Shown here: piece by piece, positions 20,403 to 31,032 of the stretch
How positions within the stretch are numbered: position 1 is the stretch's first letter
Layout of the letters: every line of letters begins with the position of its first letter
Origin: an uncultured Actinomycetota bacterium
GTDB taxonomy: Bacteria; Actinomycetota; Thermoleophilia; RBG-16-64-13
DNA: 64,000 bases
Direction of reading: 5' to 3'
Assembly (NCBI GenBank): GCA_963783835.1
Contig: CAWAOX010000014.1
Span: 87,855-151,854, forward strand
Translations under genes and position numbers: made by a program
Notes under the pieces: model-generated
Told to the model about the DNA's origin: nothing
The model's input: the letters and a program-made list of their open reading frames with translations, nothing else
Database searches by the model: none

Positions 20403-20624
20403 GCAGGATCCCCCTGGCTTTCGGCGTCTACGATCCAGGATAGTCCAAACCCTTCCATGCTGCGACCTCGGAGGTTCCGGCTGCCATTGGCTAGGTCGAG
20501 CCTGGCAGTCCTACTCCTTGCTCTCTTAGGTTGGCCTGCAGCTCCCTGTAATCGACTCGGCGCGGCTGAACCCCTGCCCTGACTGCGAGAGCCGCCGCTG
20601 TGCCCGCGGCCTGGCCGTATCGGC

Positions 20625-22703
20625 TCACTTCAGCGTCCCGGCCACCTCTACCGCGTCGAGGTCGACGTACTTGCCCGTGATGTTACCCGTGTGGTACGTG
20701 ATCTTGACCGTGTGCGGCCCCGAGGCGAGAGTGCCCGTGTTCCAGACGTTCTGCTGGTAGGCGGTAGCGGTCCTCGCCAGATCGATGGTCGTCGTGGCGC
20801 CGCCGTCCACGGACACGTCGGCCTTGCTCACGGTTGTCCCCGCGGTGGCGATCCAGGCCAGGTAGGTGCCGGTGAAGCTGATGGTGACGTACGAGCCATC
20901 GGTTCTCGACCGGGCGTAGCTGCCCCCGGACGCTCCGGTGGTAGAGAAGGTGGTCCAGGCCCCGCTCGCGGGCGCGTACACGATGCCGGTGGCGGTCTGC
21001 TCGGAGCGGGTGGTGAAGGCGTAGTCATCGGCGGTAGTGTCGGCCGATGAGCCGCCAGGCGTGGTCACCTGCACCCGGACGCTGGCCATCGCGTGCGCCG
21101 GGGTCACGGCGGTGATCTTGGTGGCCGAGTTCACCGTGAAACTGGCGGCGGCGGTGTCGCCGAAGGTGACGGCGGTGGCCCCGGTGAAGGCGGTGCCGGT
21201 GATGACCACCGAGGTGCCGCCGGCGATGGTGCCGTTCCGGAGGTTGAGTGAGGTGACGGCGGGGGTGGCGACGGCCGCGAGAGTCCCTGCCACATCCACC
21301 GCATCCAGGCTGACGAACTTGCCGGCTGCATTGGTGGGATCGTACGAGATGCTGACGATGTGCGGCCCCGAGGCGAGGGTGCCCGTGTCCCAGACGTTCT
21401 GCTGGTAGGCCACGGCAGACCTCGCGAGGTCGATGCTCTGAGCGGGACCGCCGTCAAGAGACACATAGGCCTTGCTCAAGGTGGTCCCCGCGGTAGCGAT
21501 CCAGGCGAGGTACGTCCCGGTGAAGCCGACCGTCACCGAGGCGTTCTTCGCGCTGGCACGTGTGTAGCTCCCGCCCGAGGCACCGCTGGTCGAGAAGGTG
21601 GACCAAGTTCCCCCGTACACGAGGCGCGCGTCGGTCTGCTCGTAGCGCGTGGTGTCGCCGGACGGTGCCGCGATGATGCTGACCGGATCCCAGTAGTGGT
21701 GGATGATCTGCTGCCAGTTCCACCCTTTGTCGCGGGCCAAGTAGTAGGTACCCCACTGGGACATGCGACTGGGATGGGTCGGGCAGCGATAGTTGGCATC
21801 GAGGCTTTTGTCCCCGCAGTACGTGACCGCAAAGAGCGCGTCGTTCTTCAGCAGGTAGCTGCTCCAGGTGTGGTCCACCGCGGCGTCCGTGCGCGGATCG
21901 GAACGGTTTGGGTCGTACCATTGATCGTTGCTGCCGTCCTGCACGTCGGCACCGAGAGAGGGCCATTTGCCTCCCTTACTCACGTAGTACCAGGCGTACT
22001 CCTTCACCGCGATCGCCCCAGCGCGAAGGGATTCGACCGGCCAGCTCGTGAGCCATTCGGAGGGGAGCACGTGCTTGCAGTAGAACTTGAAGTCGACGAC
22101 CTGAACGACGCGGAGTGAGGTCCGATAGACCCGGATGGTCGCGGGCGGCGTCAACGCGGCGGCGGAAGCGAGGGCGGACACGGCAGCCGCGCCGGCTGGG
22201 CCGGCTGTAGTCGACTGTCGGCCGGCAAGCGAGCGGGGAAGCGAATAGAGGACGGCCTCTTTCACCCCCTGCGGCGTGAGCAGCGGGCTGAGCGTGAGCC
22301 GCGGCTCCGTCGCTCTTACGACCGATTCCTCTCGCAGGTAACCGGCCGCCTCGTACACGGCGGTCAGTCGGCCTCCTACCACGGTCTCCACAGTCAACTT
22401 GAAATCTCCGGCCGCGTCGGCGACCGCTGTCCCCGCAGAGGTCCCGTCCTGTTTCACGATCGTGACCCGGGCTCCGCCGATGACTTGCCCGGTGGTGAAG
22501 TCCTGGAATCGACCCGAGATCGCCACCTGTAGCTCAACGGCCGTCGAAGTAGTGCCCGGTTGAAGAGTAGCCCTGTCGACCGCGGCCGCCGGCCCGGGGA
22601 GTGACAACACCAAGGCAGGAACAACAAGGATGGCCAGACAAACGAGCGGAACGATGCGGCCAAAGAGCAGCCATCGCCTGTCTTGGGAGTGCCTCCTGGC
22701 CAT
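20625..22703 (-). CDS. SpoIID/LytB-domain protein with IPT/TIG and two beta-sandwich modules
   Basis: YCKHVLPSEW..SWPVESLRAGAIAVKEYA, DQWY, RMSQWG, IIHHYW. Confidence 0.8.
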   Translation of the reverse strand: MARRHSQDRRWLLFGRIVPLVCLAILVVPALVLSLPGPAAAVDRATLQPGTTSTAVELQVAISGRFQDFTTGQVIGGARVTIVKQDGTSAGTAVADAAGDFKLTVETVVGGRLTAVYEAAGYLREESVVRATEPRLTLSPLLTPQGVKEAVLYSLPRSLAGRQSTTAGPAGAAAVSALASAAALTPPATIRVYRTSLRVVQVVDFKFYCKHVLPSEWLTSWPVESLRAGAIAVKEYAWYYVSKGGKWPSLGADVQDGSNDQWYDPNRSDPRTDAAVDHTWSSYLLKNDALFAVTYCGDKSLDANYRCPTHPSRMSQWGTYYLARDKGWNWQQIIHHYWDPVSIIAAPSGDTTRYEQTDARLVYGGTWSTFSTSGASGGSYTRASAKNASVTVGFTGTYLAWIATAGTTLSKAYVSLDGGPAQSIDLARSAVAYQQNVWDTGTLASGPHIVSISYDPTNAAGKFVSLDAVDVAGTLAAVATPAVTSLNLRNGTIAGGTSVVITGTAFTGATAVTFGDTAAASFTVNSATKITAVTPAHAMASVRVQVTTPGGSSADTTADDYAFTTRSEQTATGIVYAPASGAWTTFSTTGASGGSYARSRTDGSYVTISFTGTYLAWIATAGTTVSKADVSVDGGATTTIDLARTATAYQQNVWNTGTLASGPHTVKITYHTGNITGKYVDLDAVEVAGTLK

Positions 22704-22834
22704 AGCTGCGGCTCCTCGGCCTTTCCGTGACTGCATCTGGGATTCCTCCAAGCCTGGTTTCAAGAGACCGCCGCCCCGGGGGGCGCCGGGTGATTTCCCT
22801 GCATTTTACCCGCAATAGCGCGTGATCACCCGGT

Positions 22835-24169
22835 CTAGCGGTAGATATCGACCACAGTCCCCGTGGGCAACTCGTAGTACAGCTCTTTGGTGATCCACAC
22901 CGGCACGCGAACACACCCATGGCTGGCGGGGTAGGGGGGAACGCTCGTGAAGCCATGGATGGCTGTCTTGCTCACCACATAAGAGGGGTAGTACATCCTG
23001 CCGTTGACCGTGATGGCCTCGACCCAGCCCTTGTATTTCTCCTGGATGGCAAAGTGTCCCATGCGGGTGCCGCGCCTACCCGTCGACACGTGGACGACCT
23101 TACTGACCTTATTGTCGGTGATCATGAAAAGCACCTGCCGGGCGATATCGACCTCGCACCTTGTCCCGATATCGGACCGGCGGGGGATGGGGGTCTGCGC
23201 GGAAAGGAGTCTCGCCCAGACCTCGGCGCTCACCTTCCCGTTCCGCTTGAGCCGCTCGACCTTCTCAAAGGCCATGACCGCATCCTTGGTGCGATAGTCA
23301 TAGGTGCCGTCCACCGGGCCGCAGGGGTAGTGAAGAGCCGTGAGCCGGGTCTCCAGGAACGACACGAGAGGCCCCTTCGAACCCACCGAGAGCGAGTCGT
23401 AGGCCGACACGGCCGGTATTTCCTCGGGGTATGCGGCCCTCGGGACGACGGGCTGGAGGAATGCGCGGAACAGGATCACCGCCATCTCCGCTCTCGTCAG
23501 GTCGCCCTCAGGGAAGAACCAGCCGTTCGCGGGATCGTCCAGTATCGCCAAGCGGTATGCGTTCGCAACGGAGACTGCATGAGCCGGGGCGATCAGCTGG
23601 CGGTCGTGAAACCCCGCTAGCCAAGCCGGCGCCTGGTATTCCGTGAGCCTGAGTCTGGCTGCAGTCCCTGGATTGTCTCGGTGAAAAAGCGCCAAGGACC
23701 GCATCACCAGGGTGGCTGCTTCCTGCCTGCTGACGACCTGCTCGGGTGAGAACATGATGAGGCTGGTCCCCTGGATGAGGCCTCGCTGAAAGAGGGCTCC
23801 AACGGCTCCGGCGAACCGATCCGACGTGTTCACATCGAAAAACGGCTGGCCCGGAGATTCCTCTAGGTCGAGCGCCCGGGCCAAGAAGACCGCCATCTCC
23901 GCCCGCGTCACACTTCCGTCCGGGCCGAACGAGCCGTCCGCCCGCCGGTCAACGATCCCCTCGCTCGCGAGAGCGTATACGGCCCCTGCATACCACTCCA
24001 TGCCGGAGACGTCGGCGAAGTCAAGGGTTGTCGCCGCGGTCTGGGTCGGCGCGTACGGCTCCGCCTGCGCCTTCGTGGGGGCGGTCCCCAGCAACGCCAC
24101 GATGAGAGCACATGCGAAGGCAAGAGCCAACAAGCGGGGGAAAGACCTCGACCGGGGTACACGTCGCAT
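22835..24169 (-). CDS. L,D-transpeptidase (YkuD) with SLH and PG-binding domains
   Basis: FADVSGMEWY, VTRAEMA SLH repeats, GPVDGTYD, AIHG...ASHGCVR. Confidence 0.88.
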   Translation of the reverse strand: MRRVPRSRSFPRLLALAFACALIVALLGTAPTKAQAEPYAPTQTAATTLDFADVSGMEWYAGAVYALASEGIVDRRADGSFGPDGSVTRAEMAVFLARALDLEESPGQPFFDVNTSDRFAGAVGALFQRGLIQGTSLIMFSPEQVVSRQEAATLVMRSLALFHRDNPGTAARLRLTEYQAPAWLAGFHDRQLIAPAHAVSVANAYRLAILDDPANGWFFPEGDLTRAEMAVILFRAFLQPVVPRAAYPEEIPAVSAYDSLSVGSKGPLVSFLETRLTALHYPCGPVDGTYDYRTKDAVMAFEKVERLKRNGKVSAEVWARLLSAQTPIPRRSDIGTRCEVDIARQVLFMITDNKVSKVVHVSTGRRGTRMGHFAIQEKYKGWVEAITVNGRMYYPSYVVSKTAIHGFTSVPPYPASHGCVRVPVWITKELYYELPTGTVVDIYR

Positions 24170-24349
24170 ACTCGACTCCTGTCCGGGCTGCACCGGTGGA
24201 CAGTCTATCGAGTTCTGCCGCCGATACGCTAGACCTTCCCCCCGATGATCGCGCACTGTCAGTGAAACGTTCCCGGGGGTTTGGACTCGATTGGTCTTGG
24301 GTAGGTAGCGGCTGGATTCGTAGGGCACAATCTCGAAGGGAGGCCGCAG

Positions 24350-24802
24350 ATGGCCGAGGCGCCAGACAAACAAGCCGGGACCGATGCCGCGGCTGAGAAG
24401 ACGGTATCGGGTAAGGAAGGTTTCATCCTTCAAACCGATCGGGGCATAACCACGGTCGCCGACGCCGTGGTCGCCAAGATGGCCGGCATCGCGGCCCGGG
24501 AAGTGGAAGGCGTCCACGAACTCGGCAAGTCGTTCCGCCGGCTGGTCGGGCGGGTGCGCTCCGGAGACTCGCTCTCGCAGGGCGTCAACGTGGAAGTGGG
24601 AAAGAAAGAAGCCGCCATAGACCTCGTCATTGTGATGGAATACGGCTACTCCATCCCCTTGGTTGCCCAAGCTCTCCGCGAGAACGTCATTGGCAAGGTG
24701 GAGACCGGCACTGGGCTGATCGTGAAGGAAGTCAACATCGAGGTCGACGACCTCTTCATCCAGTCGGAAGAAGGCCCCGCGGTTGGAGCCCGGGTAGAGT
24801 AG
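24350..24802 (+). CDS. Asp23/Gls24 envelope stress protein
   Basis: ADAVVAKMAGIAAREVEGV, GVNVEVGKKEAAIDL, TGLIVKEVNIEVDD. Confidence 0.9.
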   Translation: MAEAPDKQAGTDAAAEKTVSGKEGFILQTDRGITTVADAVVAKMAGIAAREVEGVHELGKSFRRLVGRVRSGDSLSQGVNVEVGKKEAAIDLVIVMEYGYSIPLVAQALRENVIGKVETGTGLIVKEVNIEVDDLFIQSEEGPAVGARVE

Positions 24803-24806
24803 TCAC

Positions 24807-25353
24807 GTGTTCAACTGGCCGCGTCTGAGAGCGCTGGTACTGCGGGTCTTCGGCCTGCTGGTCTTTGCCGTGGCCGCGCTGGCGGCCTTCGGCCTCGTCA
24901 CCTACGGGGTCGCCGGCTCCCAATCATGGTTCGTCGACGCCGCGGAGTCGTTCGCCACCTGGGTGTCCGCCCCGCTCTCGAGCGGGACGGCCGTCCTCGT
25001 GGGGGTGGGACTCCTGGTGCTGGCGGCCTTCCTCGCCGTGGTCATGGTGCCGCGCCGGCCGCGGACCCTTCCCATCATCCGTGAAGGGGAGAGCGGGACG
25101 ACGCTGCTGGACCTGGTCTCGGTGGCCGAGGCGGTCGAGCATAGGCTTCGTCTCGGAGGTCGATTCCGCCATCGGGGTGGAAGTCAAGAGCGGCCATCTG
25201 AGGGTCGTGACTCCGTTCGCCCCGAGCCGGCCGTTCGAGGTGGTCGATGAGGCGGGCGCCAGCGTCAAGCGGCAATTGGCGAGTCTCGGGCTGGCGGACA
25301 GCGTGGCGTATGAGGTCACCACCGGCCGCGAAACCAAACGGAGGGTACGGTGA
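24807..25353 (+). CDS. AmaP-like membrane anchor protein, frameshift near 25148
   Basis: Two TMs then GTTLLDLVSVAEAV; continues in frame 24865; asp23 operon context. Confidence 0.55.
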
Positions 25354-25902
25354 GGCTGGCCCAGCGGGTATCGGCCTGGCTGGGATGGTCGGTGCTGCTC
25401 GCGGTCGCCGTTCTCCTGATCCTGGAGGGGACCGGGCTGATCGGCGCCGCCTGGCGGGACTGGATCGCCACTGCCGCCCGTTGGGTGGCCCAGCCGTCTA
25501 TCGCCGCCTGGCTCGCAGCCTTGTTGGGTGTTCTTGTCGCATTGGTCGCACTCTTCATCCTGGTGGTCCAATTCGCGCGGGCCCCGATGACCCGGGCCAC
25601 CGTCCTTGCCCAGAGAAGCGCGGCCGGCACGACTCTGGTGAGCCCCGTCGTGGTCCGCCGGGCGGCGGTACAGCGGCTCAGGGAGATAGACGGGATAGTC
25701 GAAGCCGTGCCCTTCTCTCACGGGCGCAGACTGGATCTGCACGTGAGACTGGAGAGAGGCGCGAACGCGCCGTGGGTCGATGAGCAGGCCAGGACGGCCC
25801 TCGACGAGAGATTTCTGGAGCATGCTGGGCGTTCCGCCCCAGCCCATCGACTTGACACTGACCTACGCCACCGTTCTTGCCACGTCCGAGACCATCAACT
25901 GA
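25350..25902 (+). CDS. Second AmaP-like membrane protein, frameshift near 25810
   Basis: Two TMs then GTTLVSPVVVRRAAVQRLREIDGIV; start overlaps previous stop. Confidence 0.55.
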
Positions 25903-25914
25903 GCAGGAGACCAC

Positions 25915-26100
25915 ATGCGCCGCGCTTACATAGGAATGATCATAGGAGTCGTAGCCGCCGTGATCTGGCACTGGCTCGGTTGGGAAGCCCTGGTATGGTC
26001 CATCGGGCTTGGCCTGGCCGGGTTCGGGGTCGGCTGGATACTGGACAATCCGGGCTGGCTTATCGGTCTTCTGGGAAGGCTCGAGCGCCGGCAGGGCTAA
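25915..26100 (+). CDS. DUF2273-like small membrane protein
   Basis: AGGAG RBS; GMIIGVVAAVIW..LGW...GFGVGWILD; typical last gene of asp23 operons. Confidence 0.65.
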   Translation: MRRAYIGMIIGVVAAVIWHWLGWEALVWSIGLGLAGFGVGWILDNPGWLIGLLGRLERRQG

Positions 26101-26464
26101 GCATGTCTTCACGTCCAGCTCCCTGAGCGCCGCGCCCGACACCGGGAGATAGCCGGGATCCTGTGGGAGGAGCGTCTGTGTGACCTCATCCGTGGTGCCA
26201 GCGGCCTATCCTACGACACCGGAGCGCCCAAGTTCGTCTCAACGGCGATCGCTGACGCTGAGGGTAGTGAGGTCCTTGGCCAGGTTCCGGGCGTCGCCGG
26301 TGGGGTCCATAGATCGAGAGCGACCGGAAACGTGGTCTGGCGGCAGCAGTAGGGCCAGGGTAGGACCCGAACCTAGGAAGAGGGCTACCGGCGTGGACTC
26401 GCCAGGGCCCTCACACCTGTGTCGAGATTCACTGGGTCGTCGCCCCTCCTCCGGTAATCTACAG

Positions 26465-28051
26465 CTACTTTCCAGGGTAGAAGGACCAGGTGTCGTCGTA
26501 GAGCGATACCGCATTCAGGTTCACAGTCGCGCCGCCAAAGAGGATGACTCCAGGGGGGACCGGAGCGTGGACCATCGCGGAACCGAAGCGGGCGGCGGGG
26601 ATGGTGCCGCTCTGCTTCAATTCGGTCCACGCATTGGCCGCCGGGTCGTAGGACCACGTGTCGTTGAAGCATTCCATGTCTAGCCTCGAGGCATAGACGC
26701 CGCCGCCGAAAAGGATGAACCTGTTGCTGGCGGGGTCGTGGACCATCGCGGAACCGAAGCGGGCGGTGGGGGTGGTGCCGCTTTGCTTCAATTCAGTCCA
26801 TGCGTTTGCCGCCGGGTCGTAGGACCAAGTGTCGTTCAAATACCCTTCCATGCCCTCGCCACCAAAGAGGAGAACTGCTCGGCGAACAGGGTCATAGTCC
26901 GTCGCGAACCTTTCGCGTTTGGACGGCGAGCCGCTCGGCTTCAACTTCGTCCATCTGTTTTCCGCCGGGTCATAGGTCCAGGTGTCGTTGAAGACAGCCT
27001 TTCCGTCCCCCCCACCAAATAGAACCATCTTCTTACTGCCTGGGTCGTACACCATCGAGGTCCCAGAACGGACGGATGGAACAGTGCCGCTGGGCTTAAC
27101 CTCGGTCCAGGTGTTAGTGGCCGGGTCGTAGGCCCAGGTGTCGTTGAACCGTAGCATTTCGTCCTTGTCTTGGTCGTACACCGCCCCGCCGAATAAGATG
27201 ATCCTGCCACCGACAGGGTCGTACGCCGCCGCGCTAAGGCAGCGGGCCGTCGGAATAGCGCCGCTGGGCTTCAACTCCGTCCAGGTGTTGGGAGCGGGGT
27301 CGTACGCCCAGGTGCTGTTGGAGTACCCGTCCACAAGCTCACCGCCAAAATGGAAGGCCACGCGGCGCGCAGAGTCGTACACCATCGAGCCATAATGGCA
27401 GGCAGGCGGCGGAGACGCAGGAGCGAGGTCACTCCACGTGTCAACCGCCAGCGTCGTCGTTGTCGTCTCGGGCGATAGCGTGAACCCAAGAGCGGCCTCG
27501 AGCGTGCTCTCTGCCGCTTGCATCGACCCGTCTTCATCCGTATAGACCGTGAGAAACTCGGAGGCAGCAGCCAGGACCTCCGACACGTTCTTCGCCTCCA
27601 AGGCGCCAAGCTCTCGGGCAAGGGCAGCAGAGATTCTCTGGTAACCACTGACGTACGTCGCGTGAGCCCCGGCCAGATCTTCTGGGGTCTCGATCTTGCC
27701 CAAGGCGGTGACGAAATCACTCAGCACATCGCTGAACTCCTGAGCGGTCTTGGTCTGCGTCTCCGTGAAGGTGCCCGGATCGATCGATCCGAAGGCATCT
27801 CCCGCCGCGGTGAGCTTGGAGTCGAACTCGTCCCAGAGGGACTTCATCTCCACCCGATACTTCGCCAGCTTGGCCGCCTCCGACAGGGTAGTCGTTGTCG
27901 GGGCCGCTGTGGTGGTGGTCACCGCCTGGGTCATGGTGGTCAAGGCCTGGCTCGTAGTGGTCTCTTCCCCGCCGCAGGCGGCCACGGTTAAGGCCATGGC
28001 CAGCAGCGCAAGGAGGAGCGGAACAGGTATTAGGTTTTGCTTGGACTTCAT
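26465..28051 (-). CDS. Kelch-repeat lipoprotein
   Basis: Lipobox VAAC, helical domain, six FGG...NDTWxYDP..NxWTELKPSG repeats; AAGGAGG RBS. Confidence 0.85.
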   Translation of the reverse strand: MKSKQNLIPVPLLLALLAMALTVAACGGEETTTSQALTTMTQAVTTTTAAPTTTTLSEAAKLAKYRVEMKSLWDEFDSKLTAAGDAFGSIDPGTFTETQTKTAQEFSDVLSDFVTALGKIETPEDLAGAHATYVSGYQRISAALARELGALEAKNVSEVLAAASEFLTVYTDEDGSMQAAESTLEAALGFTLSPETTTTTLAVDTWSDLAPASPPPACHYGSMVYDSARRVAFHFGGELVDGYSNSTWAYDPAPNTWTELKPSGAIPTARCLSAAAYDPVGGRIILFGGAVYDQDKDEMLRFNDTWAYDPATNTWTEVKPSGTVPSVRSGTSMVYDPGSKKMVLFGGGDGKAVFNDTWTYDPAENRWTKLKPSGSPSKRERFATDYDPVRRAVLLFGGEGMEGYLNDTWSYDPAANAWTELKQSGTTPTARFGSAMVHDPASNRFILFGGGVYASRLDMECFNDTWSYDPAANAWTELKQSGTIPAARFGSAMVHAPVPPGVILFGGATVNLNAVSLYDDTWSFYPGK

Positions 28052-28172
28052 CGGACCCCTCCTTACTGAGCAAGCTTGCGATCGGGAGGGGGCGATGGCT
28101 CGAATCAGGCCCCACTCCGGTGTCCCTTGGGAGCTACAGATTAGGAAAGCTACTTGCTCCCCATACAGTTTT

Positions 28173-28200
28173 AGTATAGGCAGGCCGCGCCCGTCGTCAA
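28173..28200 (-). promoter_or_regulatory. Sigma70-like promoter of the kelch lipoprotein gene
   Basis: Minus strand TTGACG-16 bp-TATACT. Confidence 0.5.
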
Positions 28201-28305
28201 TGAGCAAAATAGGCCCCCCGGCTTGGCAAGGCGTGGCAGCCGCAGAAGGGACTTCGCACCTGCCACAGAGTGCTATCCCGGGGGAAAGATGCCGGTCGAC
28301 CGCTC

Positions 28306-30819
28306 CTATCTCGTCACCCCGATCACATCCACCGCGTCCAGGTTGATGTTGTAGTCGGTGGCGGCCGTCCGTTTGGTGCCCGTCCACGTGATGGTCACCG
28401 TGTGGTCGCCCGGCGTGAGAAAGCCGCTCTTCCAGACCGTCTGCTTGAACAGGGTGCTGGAGCTGTAGAAGTCGACGAGCACGGCCGGCTGGTCGTCGAG
28501 TTTGATCTCCGCTATGCCGTAGACCGGGCTCTTCTTGGCGATGACGTTGCAGCTGATACCGGTGAACTTGATGGTCACCGTAGCGCCGGATCTATTGGCG
28601 AACTTGAAGCTGGACCCGGACGCAGAGCTGGTGCTCGACGAGGTCCACGTCCCATCCCACACGAGCTTGGAGTTGGTCTGCTCGAAACGGGTGGCGGAAG
28701 CCAGGCTGCCCATCACGTCCACAGCATCGATACCGATGTTGGTGTCGGTGGCCGACGCGTTCTTGTTGCCGGTCCATTCGATCTTCACCCAATGCAGGCC
28801 GGCGGTCAGCTTCCCGGTGTTCCAAACGATCTGTTGATGCCGGGTGGCCGCGTCGTAGAGGTCCACGGTGCTCGATTCATCCGCACCGTCCACGGTCACC
28901 TTCGCCTTGCCGTAGACAGGGCTCTTCTTCGCCAGCCAGGAGAGGCTCGCACCGTTGAACGGCACGGTCACCGAGGCGTTCGAGGCGTTCGAGTACTTGA
29001 AGCTGCCACCGGATGCGGAGGAGACAGTCGAGGTGCTCCACGTGCCGGCGTAGGCGAGGGCCGCGGCGGTCTGCTGATACCGGGTGAGCGAGACCGCCTG
29101 GGTGAGCGTCCCTTGGATGTCGAAAGCATCCACTCCGATGTTGGTGCCGATGGCAGAGGCGTTCCTGGTGCCGGTCCATTCGATCTTGACGGTATGGGGG
29201 CCGGAATCGAGCATTCCCGTGCTCCAGACGCAGCGCTGGTAGGCCGGGGAGGCGCTGTAGAGGTCGACGGTCACCGGGTCCTTGGCGTCCAGCGTCACCT
29301 TGGCCTTCCCGTACACCGGACTCTGCTTGGCGATCCAGGCGAGGTAGGTGCCCGTGAAGCTCGCCGTCACCGAGCCGGTGGCGTTGCAGAAGCGGAAGCT
29401 GCCGCCTGATGCCGAGGTCGTGCTTGAGACCGTCCAGGTGCCGGAATAGGCAAGGTGGCTGTCGGCCTGGTCGTAGCGGGGAAGGTAGAGGAAGTCGTTA
29501 CCCGCGCCGTCCGTACTCGACGTACCCCCGGCCGCGGTGACAGTGACGTCCACCTTGCCGGCTGCATGGGCCGGAGCCACCACCGTGATCTTGGTGGGCG
29601 AGTTGACGGTGTACCTGGTCGCGTTCGTGCCGCCGAACTTCACGGCCGAAGCTCCGGTCATGCTGAGGAAGCCGCTGCCGTTGATGACCGCGGTCGCGCC
29701 ACCCGCATTCGGCCCCGTGGCCGGGTCGATCGAGGTGATCTCGGGGACGGTCACCGGGTAGGCGACTGCGGTGAAGACCTGGTAGTCGGCGCCGTCGTAG
29801 CCGGCCCAGACGATGCGGTCACCAGATACCCGCGGCCAGTATTCGTCCCGGCTGTTCGAGGTCACCTTCACGGTCCCGCCGGTCGGCGTCCAGGTGAAGA
29901 CCTCCGCGTCACTGCCGTCATTGCCGCTCCACGTCACCCGATCGCCGGAGACCTCTTGCCGATACTCCTGATATGAGTTGTTCGTGAGTTGTTGGGTCCC
30001 CCCATCCGGAGTCCACGTGAAAATGTCGCGGTCGGCGCCGTCGACGGCGTGCCAGACTATGCGGTCGCCGGACACGACCGCCCAGCTTTCGTGGAGCGGC
30101 TTCGAGGGGATGACCTCGAGCCCCCCGCTCGGCGTCCACGTGACGAGCCGGAAGGGCTCGCCCATGCACACCCAGGCGATCCGGTCGCCCGACACCGATA
30201 CCTGCTCGCCCACGTGCCCATCCGTGGTCAGCCGGACGGTCCCCTCCGTCGGTGTCCAGGTGAAGGCCTCGAACCCGCCATCGTAGGAACCGACCCAGGC
30301 GATGCGATCGCCGGACACCACTGGTATCCCGCATGCGGCACTCCCGGGCAGAGGCACTTCGACGATCCCACTGGCCGGCGTCCAAGTCATGATCTTCGGC
30401 CACTCACACCAGGCGATGCGGTCCCCGGAGGACGTGAGGGTGTATACGTCATCGGTGCTGGTGACACGTTTCGCCCCCTCGCCGGGCGTCCACGTGTAGA
30501 TCTCCTCGCCGGCGGAGACGTCATGGACCCACGCCACGCGGTCATCGGAAACCCCACCGACGTGGTCGTCGACGCTGTTCGACGTCAACTGGACCATACC
30601 GGTCTCAGGAGTCCAGGTGAAGACCTCGTCGTCGTGCCCGTCGTACCGGCTCCAGACCACCCGATCTCCGGATACCAGCACGGCGACGTCACCCTGGTTG
30701 TCCGAGGTCAGTTGGGTCACAAACCAGGCCTCCGAAGCGGCGAGAGCGCTCGCCGGCAGTAGCAGCGGAAGGAGCAGGATGATTCCCATACAGACCATCG
30801 CTACCCGGCACTTCTTCAC
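28306..30819 (-). CDS. Secreted beta-propeller protein (SGDRxxW repeats) with IPT/TIG and three beta-sandwich modules
   Basis: Signal peptide ending ALA; about eight VSGDRI/VxW...FTWTP repeats. Confidence 0.8.
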   Translation of the reverse strand: MKKCRVAMVCMGIILLLPLLLPASALAASEAWFVTQLTSDNQGDVAVLVSGDRVVWSRYDGHDDEVFTWTPETGMVQLTSNSVDDHVGGVSDDRVAWVHDVSAGEEIYTWTPGEGAKRVTSTDDVYTLTSSGDRIAWCEWPKIMTWTPASGIVEVPLPGSAACGIPVVSGDRIAWVGSYDGGFEAFTWTPTEGTVRLTTDGHVGEQVSVSGDRIAWVCMGEPFRLVTWTPSGGLEVIPSKPLHESWAVVSGDRIVWHAVDGADRDIFTWTPDGGTQQLTNNSYQEYRQEVSGDRVTWSGNDGSDAEVFTWTPTGGTVKVTSNSRDEYWPRVSGDRIVWAGYDGADYQVFTAVAYPVTVPEITSIDPATGPNAGGATAVINGSGFLSMTGASAVKFGGTNATRYTVNSPTKITVVAPAHAAGKVDVTVTAAGGTSSTDGAGNDFLYLPRYDQADSHLAYSGTWTVSSTTSASGGSFRFCNATGSVTASFTGTYLAWIAKQSPVYGKAKVTLDAKDPVTVDLYSASPAYQRCVWSTGMLDSGPHTVKIEWTGTRNASAIGTNIGVDAFDIQGTLTQAVSLTRYQQTAAALAYAGTWSTSTVSSASGGSFKYSNASNASVTVPFNGASLSWLAKKSPVYGKAKVTVDGADESSTVDLYDAATRHQQIVWNTGKLTAGLHWVKIEWTGNKNASATDTNIGIDAVDVMGSLASATRFEQTNSKLVWDGTWTSSSTSSASGSSFKFANRSGATVTIKFTGISCNVIAKKSPVYGIAEIKLDDQPAVLVDFYSSSTLFKQTVWKSGFLTPGDHTVTITWTGTKRTAATDYNINLDAVDVIGVTR

Positions 30820-31032
30820 GATGCCCCCCTTCGTCGACAATCCGCCGCGGCCTCAGCTGCCACGCTTCGCCACACGAGAACTGGCTATCCGATCATCCGG
30901 AACACTTTGCACTACATCCAAGTCGATTCTATAACCGCGCGACAAAGAGTTCTTGATGTCCGGATACGAGCGCTCTGTTACACGCGTGCCCTTTGGTAAA
31001 GTACTTCGCGCCGCGCGCGACAAAGGCACACG

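Noticed and set aside
18804-20582. Long antisense or alternate-frame ORFs (also 5616-6848, 31932-33335, 33856-35013, 59222-60529)
   Set aside because: They shadow well-supported genes in high-GC DNA and show no motifs.
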